Shown here: piece after piece, positions 29,436 through 38,616 of the stretch
Numbering within the stretch: the stretch's first letter is position 1
Layout: each line of letters begins with the position of its first letter
NCBI GenBank assembly: GCA_963678265.1
Contig: OY782761.1
Span: 2,490,714 to 2,554,713 of the forward strand
Origin: an uncultured Microbacter sp.
Lineage (GTDB): Bacteria; Bacteroidota; Bacteroidia; Bacteroidales; Paludibacteraceae
Length of the DNA: 64,000 nucleotides
Reading direction: 5' to 3'
Notes under the pieces: generated by a model
The model's database searches: none
What the model saw: only the letters and a program-made list of their open reading frames with translations
Told to the model about the DNA's origin: nothing
Program-made: the position numbers and the translations under genes

Positions 29436-30455
29436 ATGGGATTATTTTCATTGACACAAGAGATCGCTATTGACCTGGGAACGGCCAATACGATTATCAT
29501 TCATAACGACAAGATCGTTGTGGACCAGCCTTCGGTGGTTGCCCTCGATCGTCGTACCGACAAACTGATTGCTGTGGGTGAACGTGCCCGTCAGATGCAG
29601 GGAAAGGTACACGAAGACATTCGGACTGTGCGTCCTTTACGCGACGGTGTGATTGCCGACTTCTATGCAGCCGAACTGATGATTCGCGGCATGATTAAGA
29701 TGCTGCAGACACAAAAGACTTTCTTCACCCCTTCGCTGAAGATGGTGGTTTGTATTCCTTCGGGTAGTACCGAAGTAGAGATTCGTGCTGTGCGCGACTC
29801 TTCGGAACATGCCGGCGGACGTGAAGTATATATGATTTATGAACCGATGGCTGCCGCTATTGGTATTGGCCTCGATGTTGAAGCTCCGGAAGGAAACATG
29901 GTAGTGGATATCGGAGGTGGTACAACCGAAATTGCGGTGATTTCGCTGGGTGGTATCGTAACCAACAAATCGATCCGTATTGCCGGTGACGATTTGACCG
30001 ATGACATTGTAGAATACATGGGTCGTCAGCACAATATGAAGGTGGGCGAACGCACTGCCGAAATGATTAAGATGAATGTGGGCGCTGCATTGACTTCGCT
30101 GGACGATGCCCCCGAAGATTTCATCGTGCGCGGTCCGAACCGTATGACGGCTCTTCCGATGGAGGTTCCTATTTCCTATCAGGAAATTGCCCATGCTCTC
30201 GATAAAACCATTTCAAAAATTGAAACGGCTGTGTTGAGCGCTTTGGAACAAACACCTCCCGAACTTTACGCCGATATTGTGAACAATGGTATCTACCTCG
30301 CAGGTGGCGGTGCCTTGTTGAAAGGCCTTGACAAACGTTTGGCCAATAAAATGAATATTCCATTCCACATTGCCGACGATCCTCTCCATGCCGTAGCGCG
30401 TGGTACGGGTGTTGCTTTGAAGAATGTAAACCGTTTCTCGTTCTTGTTGCGATAG
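29436..30455 (+). CDS. mreB: rod shape-determining protein MreB
   Basis: Actin-fold motifs IAIDLGTANT, DIGGGTTEIAV and LAGGGALLKGLD. Confidence 0.95.
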   Translation: MGLFSLTQEIAIDLGTANTIIIHNDKIVVDQPSVVALDRRTDKLIAVGERARQMQGKVHEDIRTVRPLRDGVIADFYAAELMIRGMIKMLQTQKTFFTPSLKMVVCIPSGSTEVEIRAVRDSSEHAGGREVYMIYEPMAAAIGIGLDVEAPEGNMVVDIGGGTTEIAVISLGGIVTNKSIRIAGDDLTDDIVEYMGRQHNMKVGERTAEMIKMNVGAALTSLDDAPEDFIVRGPNRMTALPMEVPISYQEIAHALDKTISKIETAVLSALEQTPPELYADIVNNGIYLAGGGALLKGLDKRLANKMNIPFHIADDPLHAVARGTGVALKNVNRFSFLLR

Positions 30456-30477
30456 AGAGCAACAATAAAAGTCAGGC

Positions 30478-31314
30478 ATGGAACAACTGTTGCGATTTTT
30501 GATGCGCTATGGGGTTTATTTCCTCTTCGTATTGCTGGAGTCAGTCTCTTTTGTCTTCGTTGTAAATCAAAATAGCTTTCAACGTGCCTCTTTTTTATCG
30601 TCGAGCAACTATATTTCCGCCTCGGTCTATTCTGCCGCCAATGCGGTGGTGGAATATTTCGGGTTGTCGGAAGCCAACCGTCAGTTGTCCGACGAGAATA
30701 ATCAACTTAAAAACAGGATGGTGAGGCTCGAAGCCGAACTTTCCCAGCTTACCGACACTACCGGCAGGCATCCTTTGGTGGTAGCCGACAAGGAGTATCA
30801 GTTTATCGCGGCTAAAGTAATCAGCAATAGTATCAATAAACTGAACAATTCCATTACGCTCAACAAGGGTCGTCTGGATGGTATCGAACCGGAGATGGGG
30901 GTTATCAACAATCAGGGTGTGGTTGGCATTGTAAGTGCCGTTACCGCTCATTATGCTACGGTTATTCCCATTCTCAATTCCAAATCACGCGTCAGTTGTA
31001 AGTCGAAACGCTCCGGCGATTTCGGCGTTTTGGTTTGGGACGGCATCGATCCCGATTATGTGCAGATGGAAGAGGTGCCGCGCCATGCGGTGATTCACCT
31101 GCGCGACACGTTGGTGACCAGCGGGTTTTCGTCTATCTTCCCCGAAGGTATTCCGGTGGGATATGTCTCCCGATGCTCTACCCCCGAAAACAAGAGTTAC
31201 TACGCTATCGAAGCGCGTACAGCCGCTGTGTTCCGTACGCTTTCGTATGTAAAAGTGGTGAAGTTTAAGTACAGAGAAGAGTTGCGCGAAGTGCAGAAGG
31301 AGGAAGATCAATGA
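30478..31314 (+). CDS. mreC: rod shape-determining protein MreC
   Basis: N-terminal TM, a coiled coil (NQLKNRMVRLEAEL), and a beta-barrel region with TSGFSSIFPEGIPVG. Confidence 0.9.
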   Translation: MEQLLRFLMRYGVYFLFVLLESVSFVFVVNQNSFQRASFLSSSNYISASVYSAANAVVEYFGLSEANRQLSDENNQLKNRMVRLEAELSQLTDTTGRHPLVVADKEYQFIAAKVISNSINKLNNSITLNKGRLDGIEPEMGVINNQGVVGIVSAVTAHYATVIPILNSKSRVSCKSKRSGDFGVLVWDGIDPDYVQMEEVPRHAVIHLRDTLVTSGFSSIFPEGIPVGYVSRCSTPENKSYYAIEARTAAVFRTLSYVKVVKFKYREELREVQKEEDQ

Positions 31315-31808
31315 GTACGAGTCTGGTGTTGAAACATACGATCCGTTTTGTCGTACTTGTACTTTTGCAGGTGCTGATTTTTAATAATATCCGGTTCCTC
31401 GGGTATGTCAACCCGATGATCTTTATCTTGTTTGTCATATCGCTGCCTACCGGGGTAAACCGTTCGGTTTCGCTGTTGCTGGCTTTTCTGATGGGCGGAT
31501 TGATCGACATCTTTTCCAATACGCCCGGGATGTATGCTTGCGCGACGGTTTTTGTGGCATTTATCCGGAAAGATTTGCTGCTTCTGTTCGTCCCCAAAGA
31601 TATGTATGCCGACTACGAACCTTCGGTAAAGGTGATGGGATTGCCCATTTTTCTGAAGTACGTTATCTGTATGATCGTGACGCTGCATCTCGTTTTGTTT
31701 ACGCTCGAAGCATTCTCTTTTCAACATTACTGGTTGGTACTTCTTAAAACAGGTGTGAATTCGGTAGTTACCCTGTTACTGGTGTTGAGTACTCAAAAAT
31801 TCAAATAG
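31311..31808 (+). CDS. mreD: rod shape-determining protein MreD
   Basis: 165-aa polytopic membrane protein. It overlaps the mreC stop by 4 nt and precedes mrdA. Confidence 0.8.
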   Translation: MSTSLVLKHTIRFVVLVLLQVLIFNNIRFLGYVNPMIFILFVISLPTGVNRSVSLLLAFLMGGLIDIFSNTPGMYACATVFVAFIRKDLLLLFVPKDMYADYEPSVKVMGLPIFLKYVICMIVTLHLVLFTLEAFSFQHYWLVLLKTGVNSVVTLLLVLSTQKFK

Positions 31809-31810
31809 GC

Positions 31811-33682
31811 ATGATCAACGATGAGCTGCAAAACCGAAAATACGTTATCGGTGGCCTGATAGCATTGATCATTCTGATCTTTATTGCACGCCTTCTTTTC
31901 CTTCAGGTTTTCACCGAGTCGTACAAAGAGTCGGCCGAAGGAAATGCCTTCCTCAAACGTACTATTTTTCCTCCACGCGGATTGATTTACGACCGTAACG
32001 GTAAATTGCTGGTCTATAACCGGCCATCGTACGACGTGATGGTTGTGATGAAAGAGGTGGCTGCGCTCGATACGGCCGATTTTTGCAACACCATAGGCAT
32101 GACCAAAGAGGAGTTCGTCGACCGGATGGAGGATATAAAGGACAAAAAGATCAATCACAACTACTCGCCCTTTACCCCACAGGTATTTATCAATCAGTTG
32201 TTGCCCGACGATTATGCCCGCCTGATGGAAAAACTGTATCGTTTTCCCGGTTTCAGTATTCAGCAACGCACCATTCGCGATTATGCCTACAATGCGGCGG
32301 CTCATGCCCTGGGCTCTATCGGCGAGGTGTCGCGTAACACTATCGAGAACGACGATTACTACAGAATGGGCGATTATATCGGTATTACCGGTCTGGAGAA
32401 GAGTTATGAGAAGGAGTTGCGCGGCGAGAAAGGGGTGCAGATTATGTTGCGCGATTCGCGTGGCCGCATCAAAGGACGCTATGCCAAAGGCGCTTACGAC
32501 GAAGAACCTGTTTCGGGTAAAACCCTGAAGCTGGGTCTCGATATCGATTTGCAAATGCTCGGCGAGCGGTTGATGAACGGCAAGCGGGGTAGTATTGTTG
32601 CTATCGATCCCTCTACCGGTGAAATTCTGGCTGTGGTGTCGTCGCCTACTTACGACCCTAAATTGATGGTGGGTCGTCAACGTTCGGCTATGTTCAAGGA
32701 GTTGAATTCCAATCCCAATAAACCGTTGCTCGACCGTACGGTGATGGCGCGTTACCCGCCGGGATCGACCTTCAAGGTGGCCAATGCGCTGGTGTTGCAA
32801 CAAAACGGAATTATTACCAGTGATACGCGTTATGCCTGCCACCGGGGGTATACGGTGGGTCGTTTCCATCTCGGGTGTCACGCGCACCCCTCGCCGTTGG
32901 ATCTGTATCATGCAATTGCTATTTCGTGTAATGCCTATTTCTGTGCCGGGTTGCGGGCCATGCTCGACAATAGCAAGTACAAAAATATTACCGAGGCCTT
33001 CAATACCTGGCGCGCCGATATTATGACTTTTGGCTTTGGTAAGAAGTTGGGAGTGGATTTGCCGCACGAAAACAGCGGAAGTATCCCTACCACCAAAGCT
33101 TACGACCGTATTCACGGTAAAGGGCGCTGGCGTTCGCTCAATGTGGTCTCTATCTCTATCGGACAGGGTGAAGTGGTGGCTACGGCCATGCAAATTGCCA
33201 ACCTTTGTGCCACGGTGGCCAACCGCGGACACTGGATTACCCCGCATATGGTGAAGAGCATTGAAGACGAACCGATTCCCGAGAAATATAAAATGGTGCA
33301 TACCACCCCTATTGATAAAAGGTATTACGATGTCTGTATCCGTGGTATGGAGCTGTCGGTGCTGGAGGGAACCTCCAAGGGCGGTCAGATACCGGGTATC
33401 GAACTTTGTGGAAAAACCGGTACCGCGCAGGATGGTGTTCGCAAAGACCACTCGGTGTTTATGGGTTTCGCCCCGAAATATCATCCCAAAATCGCCATCA
33501 TGTGTATCGTTGAAAACAGTGGATGGGGCGCTACCTATGCCGTGCCTATCAGTAGCCTGATGGTGGAGTATTATCTTCGCAGAAAAATTTCACCTTCGCG
33601 TCAGGGATTAATGGATAAAATGGAAAAGACAGTCTTGATACGTAACTATGGAACGCAGAATAAGGTTAGCACAGACGATTGA
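31811..33682 (+). CDS. mrdA: penicillin-binding protein 2 (elongasome transpeptidase)
   Basis: Transpeptidase motifs STFK (PPGSTFKV), SCN (AISCNAYF) and KTGT (GKTGTAQ). Confidence 0.95.
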   Translation: MINDELQNRKYVIGGLIALIILIFIARLLFLQVFTESYKESAEGNAFLKRTIFPPRGLIYDRNGKLLVYNRPSYDVMVVMKEVAALDTADFCNTIGMTKEEFVDRMEDIKDKKINHNYSPFTPQVFINQLLPDDYARLMEKLYRFPGFSIQQRTIRDYAYNAAAHALGSIGEVSRNTIENDDYYRMGDYIGITGLEKSYEKELRGEKGVQIMLRDSRGRIKGRYAKGAYDEEPVSGKTLKLGLDIDLQMLGERLMNGKRGSIVAIDPSTGEILAVVSSPTYDPKLMVGRQRSAMFKELNSNPNKPLLDRTVMARYPPGSTFKVANALVLQQNGIITSDTRYACHRGYTVGRFHLGCHAHPSPLDLYHAIAISCNAYFCAGLRAMLDNSKYKNITEAFNTWRADIMTFGFGKKLGVDLPHENSGSIPTTKAYDRIHGKGRWRSLNVVSISIGQGEVVATAMQIANLCATVANRGHWITPHMVKSIEDEPIPEKYKMVHTTPIDKRYYDVCIRGMELSVLEGTSKGGQIPGIELCGKTGTAQDGVRKDHSVFMGFAPKYHPKIAIMCIVENSGWGATYAVPISSLMVEYYLRRKISPSRQGLMDKMEKTVLIRNYGTQNKVSTDD

Positions 33683-35102
33683 TTGGTGGATCGTAGCACT
33701 CTACCTGATTATGATCATATTCGGGTGGTTCAATGTGTACGGAGCCAGTTACGACTACACCCAGGCCAACTTTTGGGGGTTCGAATACCGTTCGGGCAAA
33801 CAGTTGATCTGGATTGCCTGTGCGTTGGTTATCGCGGGATCTATTCTTCTGATAGACGGAAAGATATACGAGCAGATGGCCAATCTCGCCTATTGGGCTA
33901 TTCTGTTGTTGCTATTGGTTACCATCTTTATCGCCCCCAATATCAAAGGATCGCACTCGTGGTTAGTCTTCGGCCCCGTGAGTTTTCAGCCCTGCGAGTT
34001 GGCGAAGCTCTCCACGGCTCTTGCGCTGGGGAAATTTATCAGTAAAACCGGTTTCTCCATGAGTAACCGGAAAGACGCGCTTATAGCCTCGGGGTTGATA
34101 CTGTTGCCCTGTGCCCTCATTGTATGTCAGTCGGAGACGGGATCGGCATTGGTCTTTTTTGCCTTCTTTCTGATGCTTTACCGCGAGGGATTGCCCGGTG
34201 TCTTTCTGTTGGTGGCAGCCGGTATGGCCATTTTGTTTCTGATTATCGTTCCGTTGAGCGATATACCGGTCTATAATCATGTGGGATCGCTCGGTTTTAT
34301 GCTAGCCTTCCTCTTTATTCTGGCAGTGATGCTCGGCTGTGTACTTGCATACGAGGCCGACGGCACCACCATGTTGCATATTCTCGGAGGCACCGGCGTG
34401 TTGTTTGCCTTTGCCGGATTGCTGAATATCTGGTTCGACGTACAGTATCAGATTTTTGCCCTGATTGCCGTAGTGGGAGCAGCCTTTTACCTTATTTTTC
34501 TCTATCTCTACCGCAGCAAGCGTACCTATATCTGGGTGGCACTTTTTGCACTGGGTTCTATCGGGGTAAGTTTCTCGGTCGACTACTTTTTCGACCACGT
34601 GCTCGAACCTCACCAGCAGACCCGTATCAAGGTAGTGCTGGGCATGGAGAAAGATCCGAAAGGGGTAGGGTATAATGTAAACCAGTCGAAGATTGCCATC
34701 GGTTCGGGCGGATGGTTGGGCAAAGGTTTTTTGAATGGTACACAAACCAAACTGAAATATGTGCCCGAACAGGACACCGACTTTATCTATTGCACCATCG
34801 GCGAAGAGCATGGCTTTGTGGGGTCGGCCGGTGTGCTGCTGTTGTACGGACTTCTCTTCTACCGCATGATACGCATAGCCGAAAATCAGCGCGACACCTT
34901 TACGCGGGTCTATGCTTACTCCATAGTGAGTATTATGCTCTTTCACGTGCTGATTAACGTCGGCATGGTGCTGGGTATCACGCCTGTAATCGGCATTCCG
35001 CTACCTTTTTTCAGTTACGGAGGCTCTTCTCTCTGGTCGTTCACCGTTATGTTGTTTATTCTGCTGCGGTTGGATATGAGCCAGAAGGAACGTTTCAGGT
35101 AA
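33648..35102 (+). CDS. rodA: SEDS-family peptidoglycan polymerase RodA
   Basis: FtsW/RodA/SpoVE signature (PEQDTDFIYCTIGEEHGFVG, PLPFFSYGGSS). It overlaps the mrdA end by 35 nt. Confidence 0.9.
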   Translation: MERRIRLAQTIDWWIVALYLIMIIFGWFNVYGASYDYTQANFWGFEYRSGKQLIWIACALVIAGSILLIDGKIYEQMANLAYWAILLLLLVTIFIAPNIKGSHSWLVFGPVSFQPCELAKLSTALALGKFISKTGFSMSNRKDALIASGLILLPCALIVCQSETGSALVFFAFFLMLYREGLPGVFLLVAAGMAILFLIIVPLSDIPVYNHVGSLGFMLAFLFILAVMLGCVLAYEADGTTMLHILGGTGVLFAFAGLLNIWFDVQYQIFALIAVVGAAFYLIFLYLYRSKRTYIWVALFALGSIGVSFSVDYFFDHVLEPHQQTRIKVVLGMEKDPKGVGYNVNQSKIAIGSGGWLGKGFLNGTQTKLKYVPEQDTDFIYCTIGEEHGFVGSAGVLLLYGLLFYRMIRIAENQRDTFTRVYAYSIVSIMLFHVLINVGMVLGITPVIGIPLPFFSYGGSSLWSFTVMLFILLRLDMSQKERFR

Positions 35103-35223
35103 TCTCTTTCCCAAAACTACCGTTTTATTCTATTGACGGAAAAATAGCCTATATTTGTGGGGTTATAATTCGTTGTGCGCCATGGGATATCCCTGCGGTT
35201 TTGTGCGTTGTGCGTATCAAATT

Positions 35224-36010
35224 CATCGTCCTGCGCACACTTCCCTTTGCCTAAATGGAAGACTCTTTGAGTTTTATATTGTCTGAATTGAAAATCGACG
35301 TAGTCAAAGACGTCATTTCCATAACCGTATGCCAATGGCTTACGGATTATCAATGCCTCATTCTTCTATGCCTGAATTAAAAATCAGCGCAGCTAAAGGC
35401 ATTACTTTTAGTATAGTCCGACCTTTCAGGTCGTGTGAGTACAGGCTTTACTCACCCACAGGTCATAGACCTGCGGTTATGAAAATGAGGCTTTTCAAGC
35501 CGTTAGGCAAACTATAGGATACTCATATGTCTTCATCTTCTTCATTCCTTAATGGTGAAAGGTAAGCTCTTTTTGATATAACAATCAAGCCAACATTTGG
35601 TTGGTATTAGCTCCGCCCCGAAGAGCGGAGTTAGAATCCCATCTTATGGATGTGGGGGTCGAAATAAACCATTAAGGCATTAAGAAGCATTGAGACTTTC
35701 TGTTCCTCATTTTTTAATGGTGAAAGAAGATATCAAACCCATCGTCCTGCGGACACTTCCCTTTGTCAAAAGGGAAGACTAATCGGCTATTCTTTTAAGT
35801 AGCTTGTAAAAATGGGCCGAAATTTTGCATACAGTGGTGTCCCCTTTTGGTAAAGGGGACGAGCGTAGCGGAGGGGTTAGTAAGTAATATTATTTTTTAT
35901 AATTGCTTATCAGGTAGACATCTTTTGTGACTGAGATGTATTCGTATTGTTGTGATAATTGTATCTAACCCATCGTCCTGCGGACACTTCCCTTTATCAA
36001 AAGGGAAGAC
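35224..36010. repeat. dispersed ~40-nt hairpin repeat family (catcgtcctgcgSacacttcccttt-N4-aaagggaagac)
   Basis: Direct copies lie at 35224-35263, 35738-35779 and 35969-36010. A diverged inverted copy is at 35836-35878 (gtgtccccttttggtaaaggggacgagcg). Confidence 0.75.
35498..35726. repeat. composite ~200-bp intergenic repeat unit (H-S-H family), copy 1
   Basis: Module H (aaccattaagRcattRagNNgcatt...cttcatttcttaatggtgaaag) is degenerate at 35498-35561 and clear at 35668-35726. Module S (ggttggtattagctccgccccgaagagcggagttagaatccc...ggatgtggggg tcgaaat) lies between them. Confidence 0.8.
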
Positions 36011-36056
36011 TTAATCTGCGTTAGCGGTTGTGTATTGTGGTCGCAGGAACAACATT

Positions 36057-36116
36057 AACCATTAAACCATTGAGAAACATTTAGTCTTCATTTTCTTCAT
36101 GTCTTAATGGTGAAAG
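36057..36116. repeat. solo H module of the same repeat family
   Basis: Sequence aaccattaaaccattgagaaacatttagtcttcattttcttcatgtcttaatggtgaaag. Confidence 0.75.
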
Positions 36117-36184
36117 GTTCTATCGATCCATATGCAACATACAGACCTTTGTGTGCTATTTATAGTTTATAATTGATTCAAAGT

Positions 36185-36517
36185 ATGCCCTATACGTTTC
36201 GCCAATATCTCGAACCGGTTATCTGGATTACGGCCCTGGTGCTGTTGTTTTTGATGGATACCCCGCGAACCGGCACTTCGTTTTGTCTTTTCAAAGCGAT
36301 CGGTTTTGCCCATTGTCCCGGGTGCGGCATCGGCCATGCTATTCACGACGCGTTGCATCTTCGTTTTGCGGAGTCGTTTCACGAGCATATATTGGGTATT
36401 CCCGCGGTTGCAATTCTTCTCTACACGAGTATAAAATCGGTATTAACCATTAAAAACAATCACAGCCATGAATCAACAAGAGCTTCTGATGATGTTGCCC
36501 GGAATGCAGCCGGATGA
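36185..36517 (+). CDS. DUF2752 domain membrane protein
   Basis: CxxK...CPGCG motif (CLFKAIGFAHCPGCGIGHAIH) and 2-3 TM helices. Confidence 0.65.
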   Translation: MPYTFRQYLEPVIWITALVLLFLMDTPRTGTSFCLFKAIGFAHCPGCGIGHAIHDALHLRFAESFHEHILGIPAVAILLYTSIKSVLTIKNNHSHESTRASDDVARNAAG

Positions 36518-36824
36518 ATTGATCTTTGTCCAAACCCTTACCGAGGATATGTCGGAAAGGCAGATGAGCCAGTTTGTCTCGCTATATGCCGCCCGTCGGA
36601 AAGAGTATACCACCATGCTGATTTGTACGCTGCTCGGTTTCTTTTGTGTTGCCGGTATTCAGCGCTTTGTGCTGGGTGAAATCGGAATGGGAATTCTCTA
36701 CTTCTTTACCGGCGGTTTGTGCTGTATCGGCACCATTGTCGACCTTATTAATATCCGCGACATGACCTTTCGGTATAACAAACAGCAGGCGGCCGAGGCT
36801 GCTACCATGGCCATGATGGTGTAG
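36468..36824 (+). CDS. TM2 domain protein
   Basis: Two-TM TM2 signature (LLGFFCVAGIQRFVLGEIGMGILYFFTGGLCCIGTIVDLI). It overlaps the DUF2752 gene by 50 nt. Confidence 0.7.
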   Translation: MNQQELLMMLPGMQPDELIFVQTLTEDMSERQMSQFVSLYAARRKEYTTMLICTLLGFFCVAGIQRFVLGEIGMGILYFFTGGLCCIGTIVDLINIRDMTFRYNKQQAAEAATMAMMV

Positions 36825-37082
36825 CAAAAACGCCGTAACCGGTTTTTCGGAGCGATAAGCCGGGGACACTACCTATAGACGAAAAGCTGCTTGCGGAGAG
36901 TAGTGTGCCGTGCTCTCCCCATTCCTGCCGTGCTCCTCTGCTTTGTATGCCGAACGAAACAAAGCATGATATGGTTTCTCCGACTTCAGGCTTTACCCGG
37001 CGCAAAGCAAACCGAACCGGTTACTCTATATCCGGAGGCGATGGTTGATACGGATCTGTTTCCGGTTGTTTCGATCTTTCAG

Positions 37083-37139
37083 TAAAAAGCGATGCCGCAG
37101 ATTGCCCTTGTGCAACTGCGGCATCGCTTTTCTCTTTTT
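37083..37139. terminator. bidirectional Rho-independent terminator
   Basis: 13-bp stem agcgatgccgcag/ctgcggcatcgct, flanked by AAAAA and TTTTCTCTTTTT. It lies 9 nt past the luxR-type gene stop. Confidence 0.75.
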
Positions 37140-37147
37140 GGGTATCT

Positions 37148-37831
37148 TCAATAACCGATTCCATACTCCATGGTCAGTGCGGCCAATTGAGCGGCGTTGC
37201 GTGCGCCTAACTTTTGCATCATGTTATCGCGGTGTTTTTGAACGGTCGACAGCTTAATGCCGAGCAGTTCCGCAATTTTGAGACAGGTATTTCCTTTCAG
37301 AATAAGCTTCATTATCTCTGTTTCGCGCCTGGTAAGCAAATCGAAGTGGTGCTGGTAGCGGGAGCAGTGAATCTGGCGGAGCAACATACTCAATTGCGGA
37401 CGGTTGAGTTGGTTCGGCGTAAAGATATGCCCTATTACCACACGGCTGCTTGTCGTCTCTCCCGGGCGGGTAAGCAGCGCTTCCGATTGTTCCCAACAAT
37501 AGAACGGTTCGTTGCTCTGTGGAGTGTAAAAACGCCACAGGGTAGCGGCTGCCTCCTCCCGAATAGTGCTCTTCTTTTCTGTTTTCAGACTGACAATGCA
37601 CTCTGCCTTGTGGTTGATGTTGCTACCCGAATAGATGTCGGAGTCGATCCGTTTCAGATCCTCTTCGGAATATCCCAACAGGGAGAGTCCGTAGGGGTTC
37701 ATCCACTCTATCGTCCATTTGTCGGAACGAGCTGTTGTTGCTTTCGACTTTATATAGATAATTGCCGGAACCGTATCGACAATCTTGCGCAACCATTTCA
37801 GTTCGTGGGTCGTCTCTTTGCGTTGATTCAT
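37148..37831 (-). CDS. PAS-like sensor / LuxR-type HTH transcriptional regulator
   Basis: C-terminal LuxR HTH (LTRRETEIMKLILKGNTCLKIAELLGIKLSTVQKHRDNMMQKLGARN). The N-terminal 150 aa are PAS-like. Confidence 0.8.
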   Translation of the reverse strand: MNQRKETTHELKWLRKIVDTVPAIIYIKSKATTARSDKWTIEWMNPYGLSLLGYSEEDLKRIDSDIYSGSNINHKAECIVSLKTEKKSTIREEAAATLWRFYTPQSNEPFYCWEQSEALLTRPGETTSSRVVIGHIFTPNQLNRPQLSMLLRQIHCSRYQHHFDLLTRRETEIMKLILKGNTCLKIAELLGIKLSTVQKHRDNMMQKLGARNAAQLAALTMEYGIGY

Positions 37832-38106
37832 GGTGGTTGTCTTAATCAGGTGTGAAATAAATATTGTTTAAAAATACCACAAAAATAGTATTTTATTGTC
37901 TATCATAATGTGTTATTATTGCTAATAAATAGAATCTGTTTTTCAAAATGGCTTGTTTTATCTGTTAGAAGTACCGAAAACCCCATTAAACGGCACTTTT
38001 TGTTATAGTAAAACTATGTGGTAAATAAATATAAAATGACAAAAAACAGATGGCTTATGCTCGTTTTTGCTCCTTGTTTTGACAAAAAAGGAATTTTGTA
38101 AGAAGT

Positions 38107-38398
38107 AATCCGTACGATGCAAGCGTGCATCGTAACAAAACAAGCAAACATTGTACGGATGCAAGGATGAATTGCAACAATGCAAGCTTACATCGTGAGG
38201 ATGCAAGCGTGAATCGCAACAATGCACGTTAACATCGTTCGGATGCAGGCATGAATCGCAACAATGCAAGCAAACATCGTACGGAAGCAAGGATGAACTG
38301 TAATAATGCACGCTTACATTGTACAAATGCAGGGATGAATCGCAACAAAACAGGCTTGCATCGTACGAATGCAGACGAACATCGCAACAAAGCAGACC
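38107..38398. repeat. tandem array of 7 x 42 bp (14 alternating 21-bp half-units)
   Basis: The anchor caTYGT recurs at 38149, 38191, 38233, 38275, 38317 and 38359, an exact 42-nt spacing. The second half-site gaatcgcaacaatgca sits 21 nt out of phase. Confidence 0.9.
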
Positions 38399-38616
38399 GG
38401 TTTCCGGCGCTATTCGATAAACGGGGTAGGGATGCGAAGGTGTGGCGCGACGACGCGGCAATGAAACGATACGAATCGAGATATAACTTTATATTCAGTA
38501 ACTACGAAACAGAAAAAAACTACCGGTGTAGCTACCGAGAACCGAAGGGCGGACAGCGCAACTGTTGTCGGCCCATCACCAACAATATTGTATGTTTAAC
38601 TTTAATTTTTTCTATT

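Noticed and set aside
31793-33484. 563-aa ORF on the minus strand. Similar long antisense ORFs lie at 25867-26784, 61415-62452, 18767-19588, 17668-18498, 51271-52068, 34302-34946, 60367-61068, 37214-37855 and 29637-30194.
   Set aside because: Each lies entirely antisense to a well-supported gene (mrdA, metH, the histidine kinase, the lolE-like gene, the aminotransferase and so on). Their composition is Arg/His/Gly-rich and low in complexity, and they carry no recognisable motifs. They are shadow ORFs.
35117-35517. Small ORFs 35117-35353 (minus) and 35329-35517 (plus) in the rodA-downstream spacer.
   Set aside because: They are composed of repeat-element sequence, overlap each other, and have no motifs or start context.
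35600-35667. tRNA-like fragment (gagcggagttagaatccc resembles a T-arm GGTTCGAATCC).
   Set aside because: No complementary T-stem, acceptor stem or anticodon arm can be drawn. The segment is module S of a dispersed repeat that occurs four times in the window.
38107-38398. Possible CRISPR array. The same question was considered for 20196-20515.
   Set aside because: The units are contiguous and degenerate, with no unique spacers between conserved repeats. There are no cas genes in the window.
38003-38616. ORFs 38003-38461 (minus) and the first 122 codons of 38251-39231 (plus), which encode Cys/His-rich 14-aa periodic peptides.
   Set aside because: They exist only because the 42-bp repeat has no stop codons in those frames. 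Both strands are open, which is typical of non-coding repeats. The plus-strand gene has a much better start at 38617.
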